Source: a virus
Lineage: Duplodnaviria > Caudoviricetes
Virus record (IMG/VR): IMGVR_UViG_2619619259_000001
Span: 1 to 64,000 of that record
Reading direction: 5' to 3' (one strand)
Length of the DNA stretch: 64,000 nt
Made by a program: the position numbers and the translations under genes. Within the stretch, counting starts at the first letter, position 1, and every line of letters starts with the position of its first letter. The notes under the pieces were generated by a model. The model worked only from the letters and a program-made list of their open reading frames with translations, did not search any database and was not told where the DNA came from. Shown here in pieces: positions 1-9,998 of the stretch.

Positions 1-1
1 C

Positions 2-91
2 GAAGCTGAAGATGGAACCCGAATTCCTGAGTATAACGGGCTGATCGCCTATTCAGACTCGGAAGATTGTGGTGTATTGCAGTTAGACTAG
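2..91 (+). CDS. 3' end of a hypothetical protein running in from the left edge
   Basis: Open frame ...EAEDGTRIPEYNGLIAYSDSEDCGVLQLD* ending TAG at 89-91. Confidence 0.4.
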   Translation, partial: EAEDGTRIPEYNGLIAYSDSEDCGVLQLD

Positions 92-481
92 ACGCTGATG
101 GCTGTGGTTCATGTGAACCACTATGCAAATTGTTAGAATGCCAAAATCGTAGGAGCAAGCAACAAACGGTAGTCCGTATGGAGAACAATCCGTTGAGCAA
201 GGGACCTAGCCGGAACCGTAACCGGCATACAATGATGAGGCCACTCCGAGTTGGTAGAGCGATATACCACATGGAATAAGGCTACGAAAGGCAACCTAAA
301 GTGCTGCAATTGCACCAAAAAAAATTATCCCCCCGTTAATCCCTCGCCATAAAAGCCCAGACATCAAGGGTGTGTTTAAATAGTCACTATAAAATAAATA
401 ATTAGTTAGTTTTATAAAGCTTAATGATCAAAAGCCTAAAATAGGCCCATGAGATCAATTTGTTTTCTATAGGAGAAAAGC

Positions 482-697
482 ATGTTTTCTAGTAAACGCC
501 ACTATTACAACGTATGTATTAGTTGCCCTGATGGGACCGTATCAACAGTGCTTGCAGTGAAGCAAAAAAGAGTCAGCCCTATAACGTTATTAGCGTTAAG
601 AGAGGCCCAAGACATGCCTGAGAATGCTCCAATTCTAAGTATTAGTTATATGGGACAGATGACTGACAAGCAAGCTAGGGAGAACCAATTAGTATGA
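482..697 (+). CDS. pmgR: PmgR-like small morphogenetic protein
   Basis: 71 aa, AGGAG SD, ATGA overlap with the pmgS-like gene; P1 synteny. Confidence 0.6.
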   Translation: MFSSKRHYYNVCISCPDGTVSTVLAVKQKRVSPITLLALREAQDMPENAPILSISYMGQMTDKQARENQLV

Positions 698-1971
698 CAA
701 CCTCAGCGGAAGAACAAATTCAGGATGGCGAAAAGCCACAAGCCATTACGCCATTAAACGCAAGTTTCTCGGTATTGCACTCGCAATTAGCTTTGGCCAC
801 AAAACGAGTTGATGGTGATGATCTGTTTAAGAAGATAATGGAGAACACCAAAAACGCTCTTGAGCAAACACAATTAGAAGTCGCGGCAACCCTTGATCAA
901 GAGGCTGAGGAATATAATGCCCTTTGCTCCGAACTTGAGAATAGAGATGAAACGCTGAGATTAACAAAATCCCAACTAGAATCGCTTCAAAAAGATTATG
1001 ACAGCGTGCTGGTTGATTTTAATGAAAAGATATCAGCGGCAACTTATGAGGCTCACAGTCTCGCGACAGAGGCAATTGTTGCTAGAGATAGAGCTGAGTC
1101 AAAAGTTGATACATTGAATGGAACGATAGAAATAAAGGACCAGATAAATAAAGAACTTGAAAGAGAACTTAAAAGACTTCGGGAATTGGAACCTGACAAA
1201 TTATATAAAAAAAATAAAGAGGCTCGAACTGAAAGGATTGAACTAAGGTCTACGCTGAATGATTTACAGACAAAGTTTGCTTCTGAGGTGTCTAAAGTCA
1301 AAAGCCTTAAAAAAGACAATACGGACATGGCTACAAAATATGCCAAAGCATTGGAGGCTTACGCTGCCCTTAAAGAGAACAGTGACATACATAACGGACT
1401 GATGGATGGCGAATGCGTGAAGGGAAACAGGGTCAACGGGATGCCTCCAGTGGATTTTTATATCTATAGGTATTCATTTGGTTTGTCGGTTGAAGGCGAT
1501 GAAGAGGGGCGCCCGCGCTATATCAATAATATCGATTGGCACTTAGTAATTAGAACAACGATTGGTGCATCTGTTGATGTAAAAGTAAATGAATGGGGTG
1601 TACCTCAATATCTACATCTTGATTGTATCAAATACGCTTTGAATCGAGAGTTAAACCATGAACTGGGCAGCGTAATCTTTGGCTTGCTTGAGAAAACACA
1701 TCCATTACTTATTGACCGGTTAGTCTGGTCAAGCAATGTCAAAATTACAGATATTCCAAATGTAAAAGCGGCAACATTAAAAGCGCTTAGTTCGGCAAAT
1801 GTCAGCACGCTGTTTGAAATAGTCTCACTGCCGGTTGAATCACTAGTCAATAACATAAAAGGACTGGGAGAAAAGGGAGCGAAAGAACTGCAAACGCAAG
1901 CGTATACGCTAGTAGATGATTGGGAGAAAGAGCATGGGATAGTAGATGTAAAACGTAAAAAAACTAAATAA
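694..1971 (+). CDS. pmgS: PmgS-like coiled-coil protein with C-terminal HhH-like motif
   Basis: 425 aa, long coiled coil, C-terminal IKGLGEKGA motif; size and position as P1 PmgS. Confidence 0.7.
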   Translation: MTTSAEEQIQDGEKPQAITPLNASFSVLHSQLALATKRVDGDDLFKKIMENTKNALEQTQLEVAATLDQEAEEYNALCSELENRDETLRLTKSQLESLQKDYDSVLVDFNEKISAATYEAHSLATEAIVARDRAESKVDTLNGTIEIKDQINKELERELKRLRELEPDKLYKKNKEARTERIELRSTLNDLQTKFASEVSKVKSLKKDNTDMATKYAKALEAYAALKENSDIHNGLMDGECVKGNRVNGMPPVDFYIYRYSFGLSVEGDEEGRPRYINNIDWHLVIRTTIGASVDVKVNEWGVPQYLHLDCIKYALNRELNHELGSVIFGLLEKTHPLLIDRLVWSSNVKITDIPNVKAATLKALSSANVSTLFEIVSLPVESLVNNIKGLGEKGAKELQTQAYTLVDDWEKEHGIVDVKRKKTK

Positions 1972-1989
1972 AGGTGATTTTTTGTATTT

Positions 1990-2013
1990 AGCCCCTATAT
2001 ATGGGGCTTTTTT
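1990..2013 (+). terminator. Intrinsic terminator
   Basis: AGCCCC-tatatat-GGGGCT followed by a T run. Confidence 0.8.
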
Positions 2014-2081
2014 ATTTGCACTTATGATTAACGATCATTAACATTGAATTAATTTAGTTTAGTTTTGCATGATTCGGTGAG

Positions 2082-2498
2082 TTGATGAGCGTAAAGGGCA
2101 GGATCCAGGTTACATCATTCGAAATAGCAAATTACATGCTAAGAGAAAAAAGAGAACTATCAGCACCGGAAGTAGCAGAAGCGATGCGGACTCTACACCC
2201 TGACAGACGAGCTGATATAAACGAGATCTATACGTGCATAAAACGGTTCACAACCTCACATAATGCAGTGTGCCGGGTTAATACAGAATGCCGTCCACGT
2301 AAGTTTAAGCTTGAATTCATTGATTCTTACTATTTCAGAGGACTAAGCAAACGTACAGAAAGGATATTGGGTCCGGGGCAGTCTAACATTCCACAGATTG
2401 GAAAACTTTCGGAGAAGCAACGAGAAAAAAACCTACTGGAATGGGCATACTTAACTAGAAAGTTGATGGATAGCATCATCAAGACACGAACAACATAA
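2082..2498 (+). CDS. lpa: Late promoter activator Lpa-like
   Basis: 138 aa, winged-HTH-like, directly upstream of pacA as in P1. Confidence 0.75.
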   Translation: MMSVKGRIQVTSFEIANYMLREKRELSAPEVAEAMRTLHPDRRADINEIYTCIKRFTTSHNAVCRVNTECRPRKFKLEFIDSYYFRGLSKRTERILGPGQSNIPQIGKLSEKQREKNLLEWAYLTRKLMDSIIKTRTT

Positions 2499-2594
2499 CC
2501 CCGCAAAACAAATTCCCCCCATAAACCACATTCATTTCTGTATTATAAAATAAATAAGTTTAGTTATGGGTTTCTGGCGAGAAAATCGGCATAT

Positions 2595-3764
2595 ATGAAA
2601 GTTAACGACTGGCAGGAACATGCAGAGAGATATATGCAATTGGCATTAGAGACGGGCATTACTATCAAAGAGTATGCCAATGCCTACGATCTCAATGAAA
2701 ATACTGCCCGCCGATACCTAAGAAAACCAACAAAAGATCAAGTGTCCTCATTTAAAAAGATCAATAAAACGATCATTGATCATGGAGGTGATCAAAAAAA
2801 GAAAGGAAGACCTCACGGGAAATCAATTAAAAACAATGCATTATTGTCAGGTGAGCCTGCGCGTAAAGAGATCACCGCCTTGAGCGATCAAAAAAGTAAT
2901 GACGCGAAATTGATCATTCATGAGAAAAAGCCACGATATGATGGCGTTAGGTTCAAAGAAAAAAATGAACTATCAATCACACACGGTCGTTACTCCCAGC
3001 CTAGGGAAGAGGATTTTGAAGCAGCAGATGAGTTGGTAGAGCGGTTTGGAACAGGGGCATCATTGGTTCCCATACTTGTAGCTAAGGGGTTAGCCCACCT
3101 TAATCTCATGGAAAGAGCAAGGGATCAGAGTCTGGTTGTCTTAGACAAGATGATTAAGGATTACGATACTCGAAAGCCAAAAGAAGATGATAAGGAGCCA
3201 TCTCCTGTATTAAAGAAACTGGGAATGCTTATCGGCGCATGTGAAGGTGTGTCAGGGATGATAAAAACGTTATCAGCTGCAGTACAAGTAGAAGGAAAGG
3301 AGCAGCGTGAAGCATTAAAAGCAGAGGGTAAATTAAGCGAGAGCCAGAGAATAAAAGAGGCGTATAGGCTAAGGCAGAAAAATTCATGGACAGCGTTAGA
3401 AACGGCGGAACACATAGAAAAAGAAGGCTATAAAGTTCCGCAAGTTCTCATGGCTATGGTCGCCTCTGAGTTAAAAGAACCGCCTCCAATCAATGATGAC
3501 TCCACTGTTAATGAAGAGGAATTAGATAGAAAAGCTAGGGAGTATAGAGATAAGAAATTTTCGACACCTGAAATGATTGCAGATAGAGCCAGAGACATTG
3601 CCAACATCGTTGATTCAGGTGGGTATGGAGACTTCGATCTCGATGGTGAGCCCAATGAAGGCGCATGGTTTCCGCCTAATGACGACGATGATGAATGGGA
3701 TGATGAAGCCACCAGCGAATATTATGACGAAGATGACGACGACAGCAATGAGGTTGTTAGTTAA
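2595..3764 (+). CDS. pacA: Terminase small subunit PacA
   Basis: N-terminal HTH ([12 protein letters not shown]), HGRYS motif, acidic C-terminus, upstream of pacB. Confidence 0.9.
   Translation: MKVNDWQEHAERYMQLALETGITIKEYANAYDLNENTARRYLRKPTKDQVSSFKKINKTIIDHGGDQKKKGRPHGKSIKNNALLSGEPARKEITALSDQKSNDAKLIIHEKKPRYDGVRFKEKNELSITHGRYSQPREEDFEAADELVERFGTGASLVPILVAKGLAHLNLMERARDQSLVVLDKMIKDYDTRKPKEDDKEPSPVLKKLGMLIGACEGVSGMIKTLSAAVQVEGKEQREALKAEGKLSESQRIKEAYRLRQKNSWTALETAEHIEKEGYKVPQVLMAMVASELKEPPPINDDSTVNEEELDRKAREYRDKKFSTPEMIADRARDIANIVDSGGYGDFDLDGEPNEGAWFPPNDDDDEWDDEATSEYYDEDDDDSNEVVS
2736..2916. promoter_or_regulatory. pac packaging site candidate inside pacA
   Basis: Eight GATCA in two clusters (2736, 2759, 2771, 2778, 2790 / 2870, 2886, 2912) with an IHF-like AAACAATGCATTA in the gap; same layout as the Dam-dependent P1 pac site. 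Confidence 0.75.
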
Positions 3765-5281
3765 TGGCGGCTGGGCGTAAAAAAATTCGTAGCGTTGTTA
3801 GCGATCCTCGCTGGCATGACCTCGTTATCAAATATCGATACGATTGGGCATTAGCGGCAGTTCAGTTATTCAATAAAGAACCAACATGGCAACAAGATTT
3901 AATTATTGAGTCAGTCCAAGAGACTGCAAGTTGGACAACAGTGTCGTCTGGGCATGGTACAGGGAAATCAGATATCACCAGTATCATGATCCTCTGTTAT
4001 CTCCTTTTTTATCCAAACTCACGCGTAGTTATGATCGCAAACAACATCCGCCAAGTTAAGACGGGTGTGTTTAAGTACATAAGAATGAACTGGAAGGAAT
4101 GTATAAAAGTTCATCCTTGGCTTCAGAATTACTTTGTTCTGACAGACAGTACATTCTATGAAATTACGGGTAAAGGCGTATGGACGGTTATAGCTAAAGC
4201 CTGCAAGCCAGGTAATGAAGAAGGCATAGCTGGTGAACATGCCGAACATCTTCTCTACATCATTGACGAAGCATCTGGAGTTTCAGATAAAGCACTGCAA
4301 GTTATCACCGGCGCTCTCAGCCAAGATGATAACCGGATTTTGCTTCTTTCTCAGCCTACCCGACCATCTGGATTTTTTTATGACTCACATCATCGATTAG
4401 CTAAGCGCCCTGGTAATAAAGATGGGTTGTTTAATGCGATCACTTTGAACTCAGAAGAAGCTCCATCACACGTCGTCACTCTGAAGTTTATCAAGCAAAA
4501 ATTAGCCGAATATGGAGGGAGAGATAGTACAGAGTACATGATAAAGGTTCGGGGGTTATTCCCGTCGACAGTTTCAGGATTTCTTCTTGGTCGTGATGAG
4601 TGTGACCGTGCCGCCAGAAGAAAGGTCAGGCTAAAAAAAGGATGGGGATGGCTAGCTTGCTGTGACGTTGGTAATGGTAGAGATAAATCTATTATTTCTA
4701 TCTTTAAAGTTTCTGGGCATAGAGAAAAGCGCCGAGTAGTGCCACATAAAGTGATGGAAATGCCGTCGACAGTAACTCCATCCAGATTTGCTGATGTTAT
4801 ATTTAGTATGTGTAACCCAGAGATATACAGCAATATATCTATCGTTATCGATGGTGATGGTATCGGTTCAACAACGGCGGACGTATTGAGTGAAAAGCAC
4901 GGCATTCAAGCACAAAGGATTCGCTGGGGTAAGAAGATGCACAGTAATAAGGATAAAAAGAGGTTCTTTAACCAGAGGGCTTTCGCTCATATTATGGCTA
5001 GAGACGCCATTCAATCAGGAAGAATGAGACTTGATAATGATTCTAAGACATTAGAGCAAGCCTCAAAAATCCCCGCATCACTAAATGAGGCGGGGCAGTG
5101 GGTTATGATGCCTAAGCCGGTAATGCGACAGAAATTGAATATCAAATCACCAGATCGATTTGATACCTATTGTTTCTCAATGATCGGTAACTACATACCA
5201 GCTAATGAGGAATTGAATATAGATATGGATGATTCCCGTTCCGAGGCTTTAGATTGGCTCAAAAAGAATGTGGCAGCCTAA
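3764..5281 (+). CDS. pacB: Terminase large subunit PacB
   Basis: Walker A SGHGTGKS, Walker B YIIDEA, RNase H-like nuclease motifs (CDVG, SPDRFD). Confidence 0.95.
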   Translation: MAAGRKKIRSVVSDPRWHDLVIKYRYDWALAAVQLFNKEPTWQQDLIIESVQETASWTTVSSGHGTGKSDITSIMILCYLLFYPNSRVVMIANNIRQVKTGVFKYIRMNWKECIKVHPWLQNYFVLTDSTFYEITGKGVWTVIAKACKPGNEEGIAGEHAEHLLYIIDEASGVSDKALQVITGALSQDDNRILLLSQPTRPSGFFYDSHHRLAKRPGNKDGLFNAITLNSEEAPSHVVTLKFIKQKLAEYGGRDSTEYMIKVRGLFPSTVSGFLLGRDECDRAARRKVRLKKGWGWLACCDVGNGRDKSIISIFKVSGHREKRRVVPHKVMEMPSTVTPSRFADVIFSMCNPEIYSNISIVIDGDGIGSTTADVLSEKHGIQAQRIRWGKKMHSNKDKKRFFNQRAFAHIMARDAIQSGRMRLDNDSKTLEQASKIPASLNEAGQWVMMPKPVMRQKLNIKSPDRFDTYCFSMIGNYIPANEELNIDMDDSRSEALDWLKKNVAA

Positions 5282-5285
5282 TTTA

Positions 5286-6119
5286 CTAACTTTTATTATC
5301 TGTATCGGCCTGCATTTTTAGTTTTTGTCTATATCTTGCCGAGGCTTCGCGCACTTGTTGTTTCTTCCTGCTTTTACGAACTTCCTTAAGTTCTGCCGCT
5401 GTTTTTTCTACATCATCAAGTAGATAAATTTTAGCTGACATAAACAAACTACATGGAATGGGGTCTACATAATCGTAGACTTTTTTCTTGCCCTTAGTCA
5501 TGCCAGGTTCAATGGTATAGCCACCAGAGAGAACTTCGTTAGTAATGAACAGTCCGTGTCGTGATATGCGAACAATTTCCTCCCTAGCCGGCAGTCCATG
5601 AGATGGGGCGTATGTTGCATTCACGATTGCATCCATATAGCCACCTCTGCGCAATCTAAACATCGTTCCATCTGGATATTGTGAAATTCGATGGATGTCC
5701 TCCTGCAGAGATAATGCGTGTTCGCTATCAATGGCATCTCTTCTTGCCAGACCGTTCAGTTTCCCCTTTATGCGTGTTAATAACGCTTCTCTATCTATGT
5801 TACTAACGCTGGTCGCTTCTTGCGCAAATATATGAAACTTACTAACACCGGTAATCACTTGTGGAAGGGGTAATAGGATAGTGTTATTAACGGGGATTGA
5901 CTCTTTTTTGCTTAACTTTTCAGCAAAGGAATTCCAGATATTAATTTTTTGCGTTATTTCTGGCAATTCAGATATATCAATAATAACCACAGGGCGGTAT
6001 TTGTCGCCAGAACTGTCGGTATTGGTATATACGGCCCGCTTTAAGGCCTCATCGACAAATTCATTTTTGAATTGCAGAAATGCGCGATAAGCGATCTCGC
6101 TACTGCTCGGCGTCCTCAT
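5286..6119 (-). CDS. c1: C1 primary repressor homolog
   Basis: 277 aa, convergent with pacB and next to coi/lox/cre as in P1 immC; basic C-terminus. Confidence 0.8.
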   Translation of the reverse strand: MRTPSSSEIAYRAFLQFKNEFVDEALKRAVYTNTDSSGDKYRPVVIIDISELPEITQKINIWNSFAEKLSKKESIPVNNTILLPLPQVITGVSKFHIFAQEATSVSNIDREALLTRIKGKLNGLARRDAIDSEHALSLQEDIHRISQYPDGTMFRLRRGGYMDAIVNATYAPSHGLPAREEIVRISRHGLFITNEVLSGGYTIEPGMTKGKKKVYDYVDPIPCSLFMSAKIYLLDDVEKTAAELKEVRKSRKKQQVREASARYRQKLKMQADTDNKS

Positions 6120-6234
6120 AAATACCTCATATAAAATTATCGTTAGTTTTCATCTACTGTGATTATTGATCAACAGTAGATGAAAATCACAGTTTTTTAG
6201 AAAAAGAGATGACTTTTAATAAAAAGAAGATCAC

Positions 6235-6432
6235 TTACATGACTTCGTCATATATGCGCAGAATTTCTTTTGCCAAAGAATCTCGACAATTACATCCATA
6301 CCCATGCTTACATGGCTTTTTTAAAAGAAAATGATCAGCAAGGGCCTCATGAAAATCACTATGATTGAGTGATACTCGTATAGCGTGCCGTTCCATCTCT
6401 AAAGATTTTAGTTCTAAATTATTATTCAGCAT
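6235..6432 (-). CDS. Small protein at the coi (C1 inactivator) position
   Basis: 65 aa, same strand and upstream of c1; assignment by synteny only. Confidence 0.45.
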   Translation of the reverse strand: MLNNNLELKSLEMERHAIRVSLNHSDFHEALADHFLLKKPCKHGYGCNCRDSLAKEILRIYDEVM

Positions 6433-6592
6433 GATTTTTTTACCATTTAATTAGTAACTGATGACGGAGTAGATGCCCCGACACATAGTGTGAGATGTCA
6501 GTCCCACTTAATTCGGTATAGCGACTAAGCAGATACTAATCTTAAAGTAAAGATATTTGTTGGGTTATCAATAGAGCTTCTTATCTTCATTT

Positions 6593-6626
6593 ATAACTCC
6601 ATATAACACCCATTATATGGAGTTAT
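6593..6626. other. lox-type recombination site (34 bp)
   Basis: ATAACTCCATATA-ACACCCAT-TATATGGAGTTAT: perfect 13-bp inverted arms with an 8-bp asymmetric spacer; 2 changes per arm versus loxP. Confidence 0.93.
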
Positions 6627-6734
6627 GCTATACTCAAAAAATGGCAGACTTAATAGATTGCGCTACGTGAATGCTTTTTTGTTTTGCGGGTGATTCACCT
6701 CAACTATTCACGTAGCGTTACATTCTAAAAAAGG

Positions 6735-7784
6735 ATGAAAGTTGTGCAGAAATTACTTCATAGTGAGAAATCAACTCTGATTCTAACCAACGGGCAGAAT
6801 GGACTAGATGAGGAAATAATTAATAATCTGAAGATGTTTGCTGAAGATAAAGCGGCCTACTCAGAGGAAACGTGGTCCCAGCTCACCCATGTATTTAAAT
6901 TGTGGGCCAAATGGTGCTGGCATCGCGGCTGCGTGTACCTGCCGATTGAGCCAGAAATTCTGAGGGAATACATTTTTCATTTACATGAGCGATTGGCCAT
7001 AAACTCAGTTAGACAACATATTTCATTGCTGGGAATGCTGCAGCGCCAAGGCGGTTTAACGCCAGTGAATCAACATCCGATTATTGTCCGAGCAATGAAA
7101 AAAATCAGCCGAGTCTCAATTGAAGGCGGCGAGCAAACAGGCCAAGCTATTCCATTTCATCTGTCTGATTTGAAAGTGTTGTCATCAAAAATTGGCGATT
7201 CTCGTCTGTTGGTTGATATCCGCAATCTCGCATTTATGGCCACGGCCTACCACACCCTCTTACGAATTAAAGAGATCTCAAGGTTAAGAGTTCGAGATTT
7301 TAAGCTATTACCAGATGGTCGGTCTTCATTAAGCATAGGCTATACAAAAACTATTCTTAACGGTGATGGCGCACTAAAAATCCTTGGGTTATGGACCACC
7401 GAAAAGATTAGACGATGGTTGGAATTATCAGGATTGGAGGGCAATCCTGATGCAATTATGTTTTGTGCAGTGCATAGAACTAACAAGGCTATCATCTCAG
7501 ATAGGCCATTAACAACCAAGCCAATGGAGGCGATCTTTAAAAGCGCTTGGGTTATGGTTCGCGGTGATAATGTAAGAAATAAAACAGATAAAGGCCGTTA
7601 TGCGACATGGACTGGGCATAGTGCGCGAGTTGGCGCGGCTCAAGATATGGCTAGAAAAGATGTGGCTTTACCAAAGATCATGCATGAGGGAACATGGAAA
7701 AAGACAGAAACTGTTATGCGTTATATCCGGCATTTAGACGCATCTAATAGTGCTATGTTAGATATTATTGATGATGAAATGTGA
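6735..7784 (+). CDS. cre: Cre-family tyrosine recombinase
   Basis: Catalytic R (TLLRIKEI), K (YTKT), HSAR, W (GTW), Y (VMRY); TGHSARVGAA as in Cre. Confidence 0.95.
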   Translation: MKVVQKLLHSEKSTLILTNGQNGLDEEIINNLKMFAEDKAAYSEETWSQLTHVFKLWAKWCWHRGCVYLPIEPEILREYIFHLHERLAINSVRQHISLLGMLQRQGGLTPVNQHPIIVRAMKKISRVSIEGGEQTGQAIPFHLSDLKVLSSKIGDSRLLVDIRNLAFMATAYHTLLRIKEISRLRVRDFKLLPDGRSSLSIGYTKTILNGDGALKILGLWTTEKIRRWLELSGLEGNPDAIMFCAVHRTNKAIISDRPLTTKPMEAIFKSAWVMVRGDNVRNKTDKGRYATWTGHSARVGAAQDMARKDVALPKIMHEGTWKKTETVMRYIRHLDASNSAMLDIIDDEM

Positions 7785-7872
7785 CACTGTCACGCAAATG
7801 ATGTAATCGAAGGCTCATATTATTGGGCATTTAATATCACTTACGCAAAACTAACTTAATGTTTATTAATAG

Positions 7873-8220
7873 ATGATACGAACCTATAAAACCTTCATAT
7901 TAAATGGTTACACCGTAACTATTGCTGCCGGGGTAAAAAAAGACCTTCCGCTGGTGGTTCTATCAGTAAAGGTCGCTCAGCAACTAAGTGAGCTGTCGGA
8001 TCTCTCTATTGAATACCCTATGAAGACGCTAACTAGCGCCATACGGTTTGTAGAAAGCGCCACCGAAACAACTGCCGAGCGCGGATATGCAAGAATAAAC
8101 AAAGAATTCATGCCATTTGCAGAGCGCTTGAATGCGGCTCTTAGCATTCCTATTGATGAGTCGAACAACAAGCAAACACAACAACTATATCGCGATATGT
8201 CAGCCAAAAGGATTAAATGA
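7873..8220 (+). CDS. Hypothetical protein between cre and ref
   Basis: 115-aa ORF preceded by the AAAACTAA operator-like motif. Confidence 0.6.
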   Translation: MIRTYKTFILNGYTVTIAAGVKKDLPLVVLSVKVAQQLSELSDLSIEYPMKTLTSAIRFVESATETTAERGYARINKEFMPFAERLNAALSIPIDESNNKQTQQLYRDMSAKRIK

Positions 8221-8268
8221 CAAAATGATTAAAACACAAAATGACAATAAAAATATAGATGTAGGTAC

Positions 8269-8841
8269 ATGATGAGAACAGCATATACACCAGAACAACT
8301 ACAAGCAGCCAAAGAGAAGAAACTTGCCGCCGTTAAACGCGCCCAACAAAAGTTGCGGGATAAGCACGCCGATCCAGAGTACAGAGCGGCTTGCTATGCA
8401 TCAGCATCGGAAAGAAAACGACTAAACTGGGAAAAATCAAAAAGCAAAGTCAGAAAGGTGACATCCAAACGTAAAAAGTCGTCTAAAGGGATGTTAGGTA
8501 GGACCCCTACATCAAAAGAAAGAAAAATCATGAGTGCAATAGGTGCCCTTCCCTGCATTGCCTGCAATTTACATGGAAAAATCACTGATATAGTAACCCT
8601 ACATCATATTTCAGGCCGTGTTGCACCAGATGCACATATGAGGGTTTTGCCACTATGCGACCACCACCACCAGCATGCGGCACCAAAAGAAGTTAGAGAT
8701 CAATACCCCTGGCTGGTACCATTGCATGCATGCGGCAAAATAGGAGGTAAAGCGCAGTTTATCATCATGAATGCCACTGAAGACGAACTACTCGCGCAAA
8801 CTTACAAGTTGGCAAACATTATTACCGAAACCCAAAACTAA
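8269..8841 (+). CDS. ref: Ref recombination-enhancement HNH nuclease
   Basis: Basic N-terminus, CIAC...LHHI...PLCDHHH zinc/HNH motifs. Confidence 0.9.
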   Translation: MMRTAYTPEQLQAAKEKKLAAVKRAQQKLRDKHADPEYRAACYASASERKRLNWEKSKSKVRKVTSKRKKSSKGMLGRTPTSKERKIMSAIGALPCIACNLHGKITDIVTLHHISGRVAPDAHMRVLPLCDHHHQHAAPKEVRDQYPWLVPLHACGKIGGKAQFIIMNATEDELLAQTYKLANIITETQN

Positions 8842-8871
8842 CCAATCATTTAAATAATGATGATTATGGTG

Positions 8872-8899
8872 TTGTCATGTAAAACTAAAATGATATTAT
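8872..8899 (+). promoter_or_regulatory. Sigma70 promoter with embedded operator-like motif
   Basis: TTGTCA-16 nt-(TGn)TATTAT with AAAACTAA between the boxes. Confidence 0.65.
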
Positions 8900-8904
8900 T
8901 ATGA

Positions 8905-9026
8905 CGGCTGACGGTGACTCTTCTGAATCAGTTTCATTTTCACAAATAAACTTTTAACCCGGCTCGCGCAGGCAGTTGATTAACCGAAAGTAGAAAATGC
9001 CACCGTCAATGGTGGCATCTTCTTTT
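8905..9026 (+). ncRNA. Candidate ~120-nt leader/sRNA upstream of mat
   Basis: Bounded by the promoter and the hairpin ATGCCACC-gtcaat-GGTGGCAT-cttctttt; contains a 13-nt antisense match to the pro leader. Confidence 0.5.
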
Positions 9027-9036
9027 GTGAGGTCTT

Positions 9037-9678
9037 ATGAGCGATAAAAAAATCTGCGCTGTCTGTCTAACCATCTCCCCACCTATTATGGCGTTAGCAG
9101 CATGGCGAGACGGAGAATTACATATAGCCGAGTCTCAACGGCTCCCAGCCAAAAGATCACAACTAGAAAACGCCCTCCTAAACAAGCTCGCCGAATATCA
9201 GAGTAACGGATTTGTAATTCTGATTGATGAAGTTAGCGCTCGTATATCTCAACACATAGGCACTATGTGTCGATTAAGCGACCTAGATAATAGCGGTCGG
9301 CCTGTTATCGTTTCAGCAATGGAAATGTATCAGGACCTCGTTCGGCAATCTGCGATAGGGTTCCCCCCCAACAAATCAGGAAACTTCACAATCACAGACT
9401 CAATAATTGATGAAGAGCATGATTTAAAAGGGAACGTAATCTACAAAATAGATTGGGAGTCAATCCAATCATCACAAGTGATTACATTGCTGTGTGTTTA
9501 TGCAACGACATTTAATAATGTGATATCCGGCGAATATATTAACGAAATGATGGGTGCGCTCCACGCTGCGGAAGAAGAATATGATCCTCTTCGAGCATTA
9601 AAATCAATCATTATTGAACATGAAATAGAGGGCAGTAGCGGACTGACATCACTAGCAGGTCAGGATGGCTACCTATGA
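9037..9678 (+). CDS. mat: Maturation control protein Mat
   Basis: Follows ref; motifs DSIIDEE..GNVIYKIDW and LLCVYAT resemble P1 Mat. Confidence 0.75.
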   Translation: MSDKKICAVCLTISPPIMALAAWRDGELHIAESQRLPAKRSQLENALLNKLAEYQSNGFVILIDEVSARISQHIGTMCRLSDLDNSGRPVIVSAMEMYQDLVRQSAIGFPPNKSGNFTITDSIIDEEHDLKGNVIYKIDWESIQSSQVITLLCVYATTFNNVISGEYINEMMGALHAAEEEYDPLRALKSIIIEHEIEGSSGLTSLAGQDGYL

Positions 9679-9998
9679 CCGAATACTCAAGGCTTGATGA
9701 CCGTAGCATTGAAGACGTCATAATCCGGGCATACCTAAATAAAGACGTTGTTACCCAATCTGGGAACTATTCTGGCGGTAATATCATTCACACGATCAAA
9801 ATAGATGAAGAGTATCGCCCTGATCTGATTTCATTTCGCGTTTACAACACCCCAGAACTTCGTTGGGTTGTCTCGCTAATAGCGGGAAATGAAGATGAAA
9901 CGTTTCCCCTCCCTGTCGGTTCAGACATTTCGTTGCCAACGATGGTTTGGATCCGCGAACGCATTCGCCATTACACTGAAACCCCGGAGCTTGAATAG
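9675..9998 (+). CDS. Baseplate protein gp26-like (T4 gp53/LysM-like)
   Basis: YRPDLISFRVY...LRWVV motif. Confidence 0.8.
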   Translation: MTEYSRLDDRSIEDVIIRAYLNKDVVTQSGNYSGGNIIHTIKIDEEYRPDLISFRVYNTPELRWVVSLIAGNEDETFPLPVGSDISLPTMVWIRERIRHYTETPELE

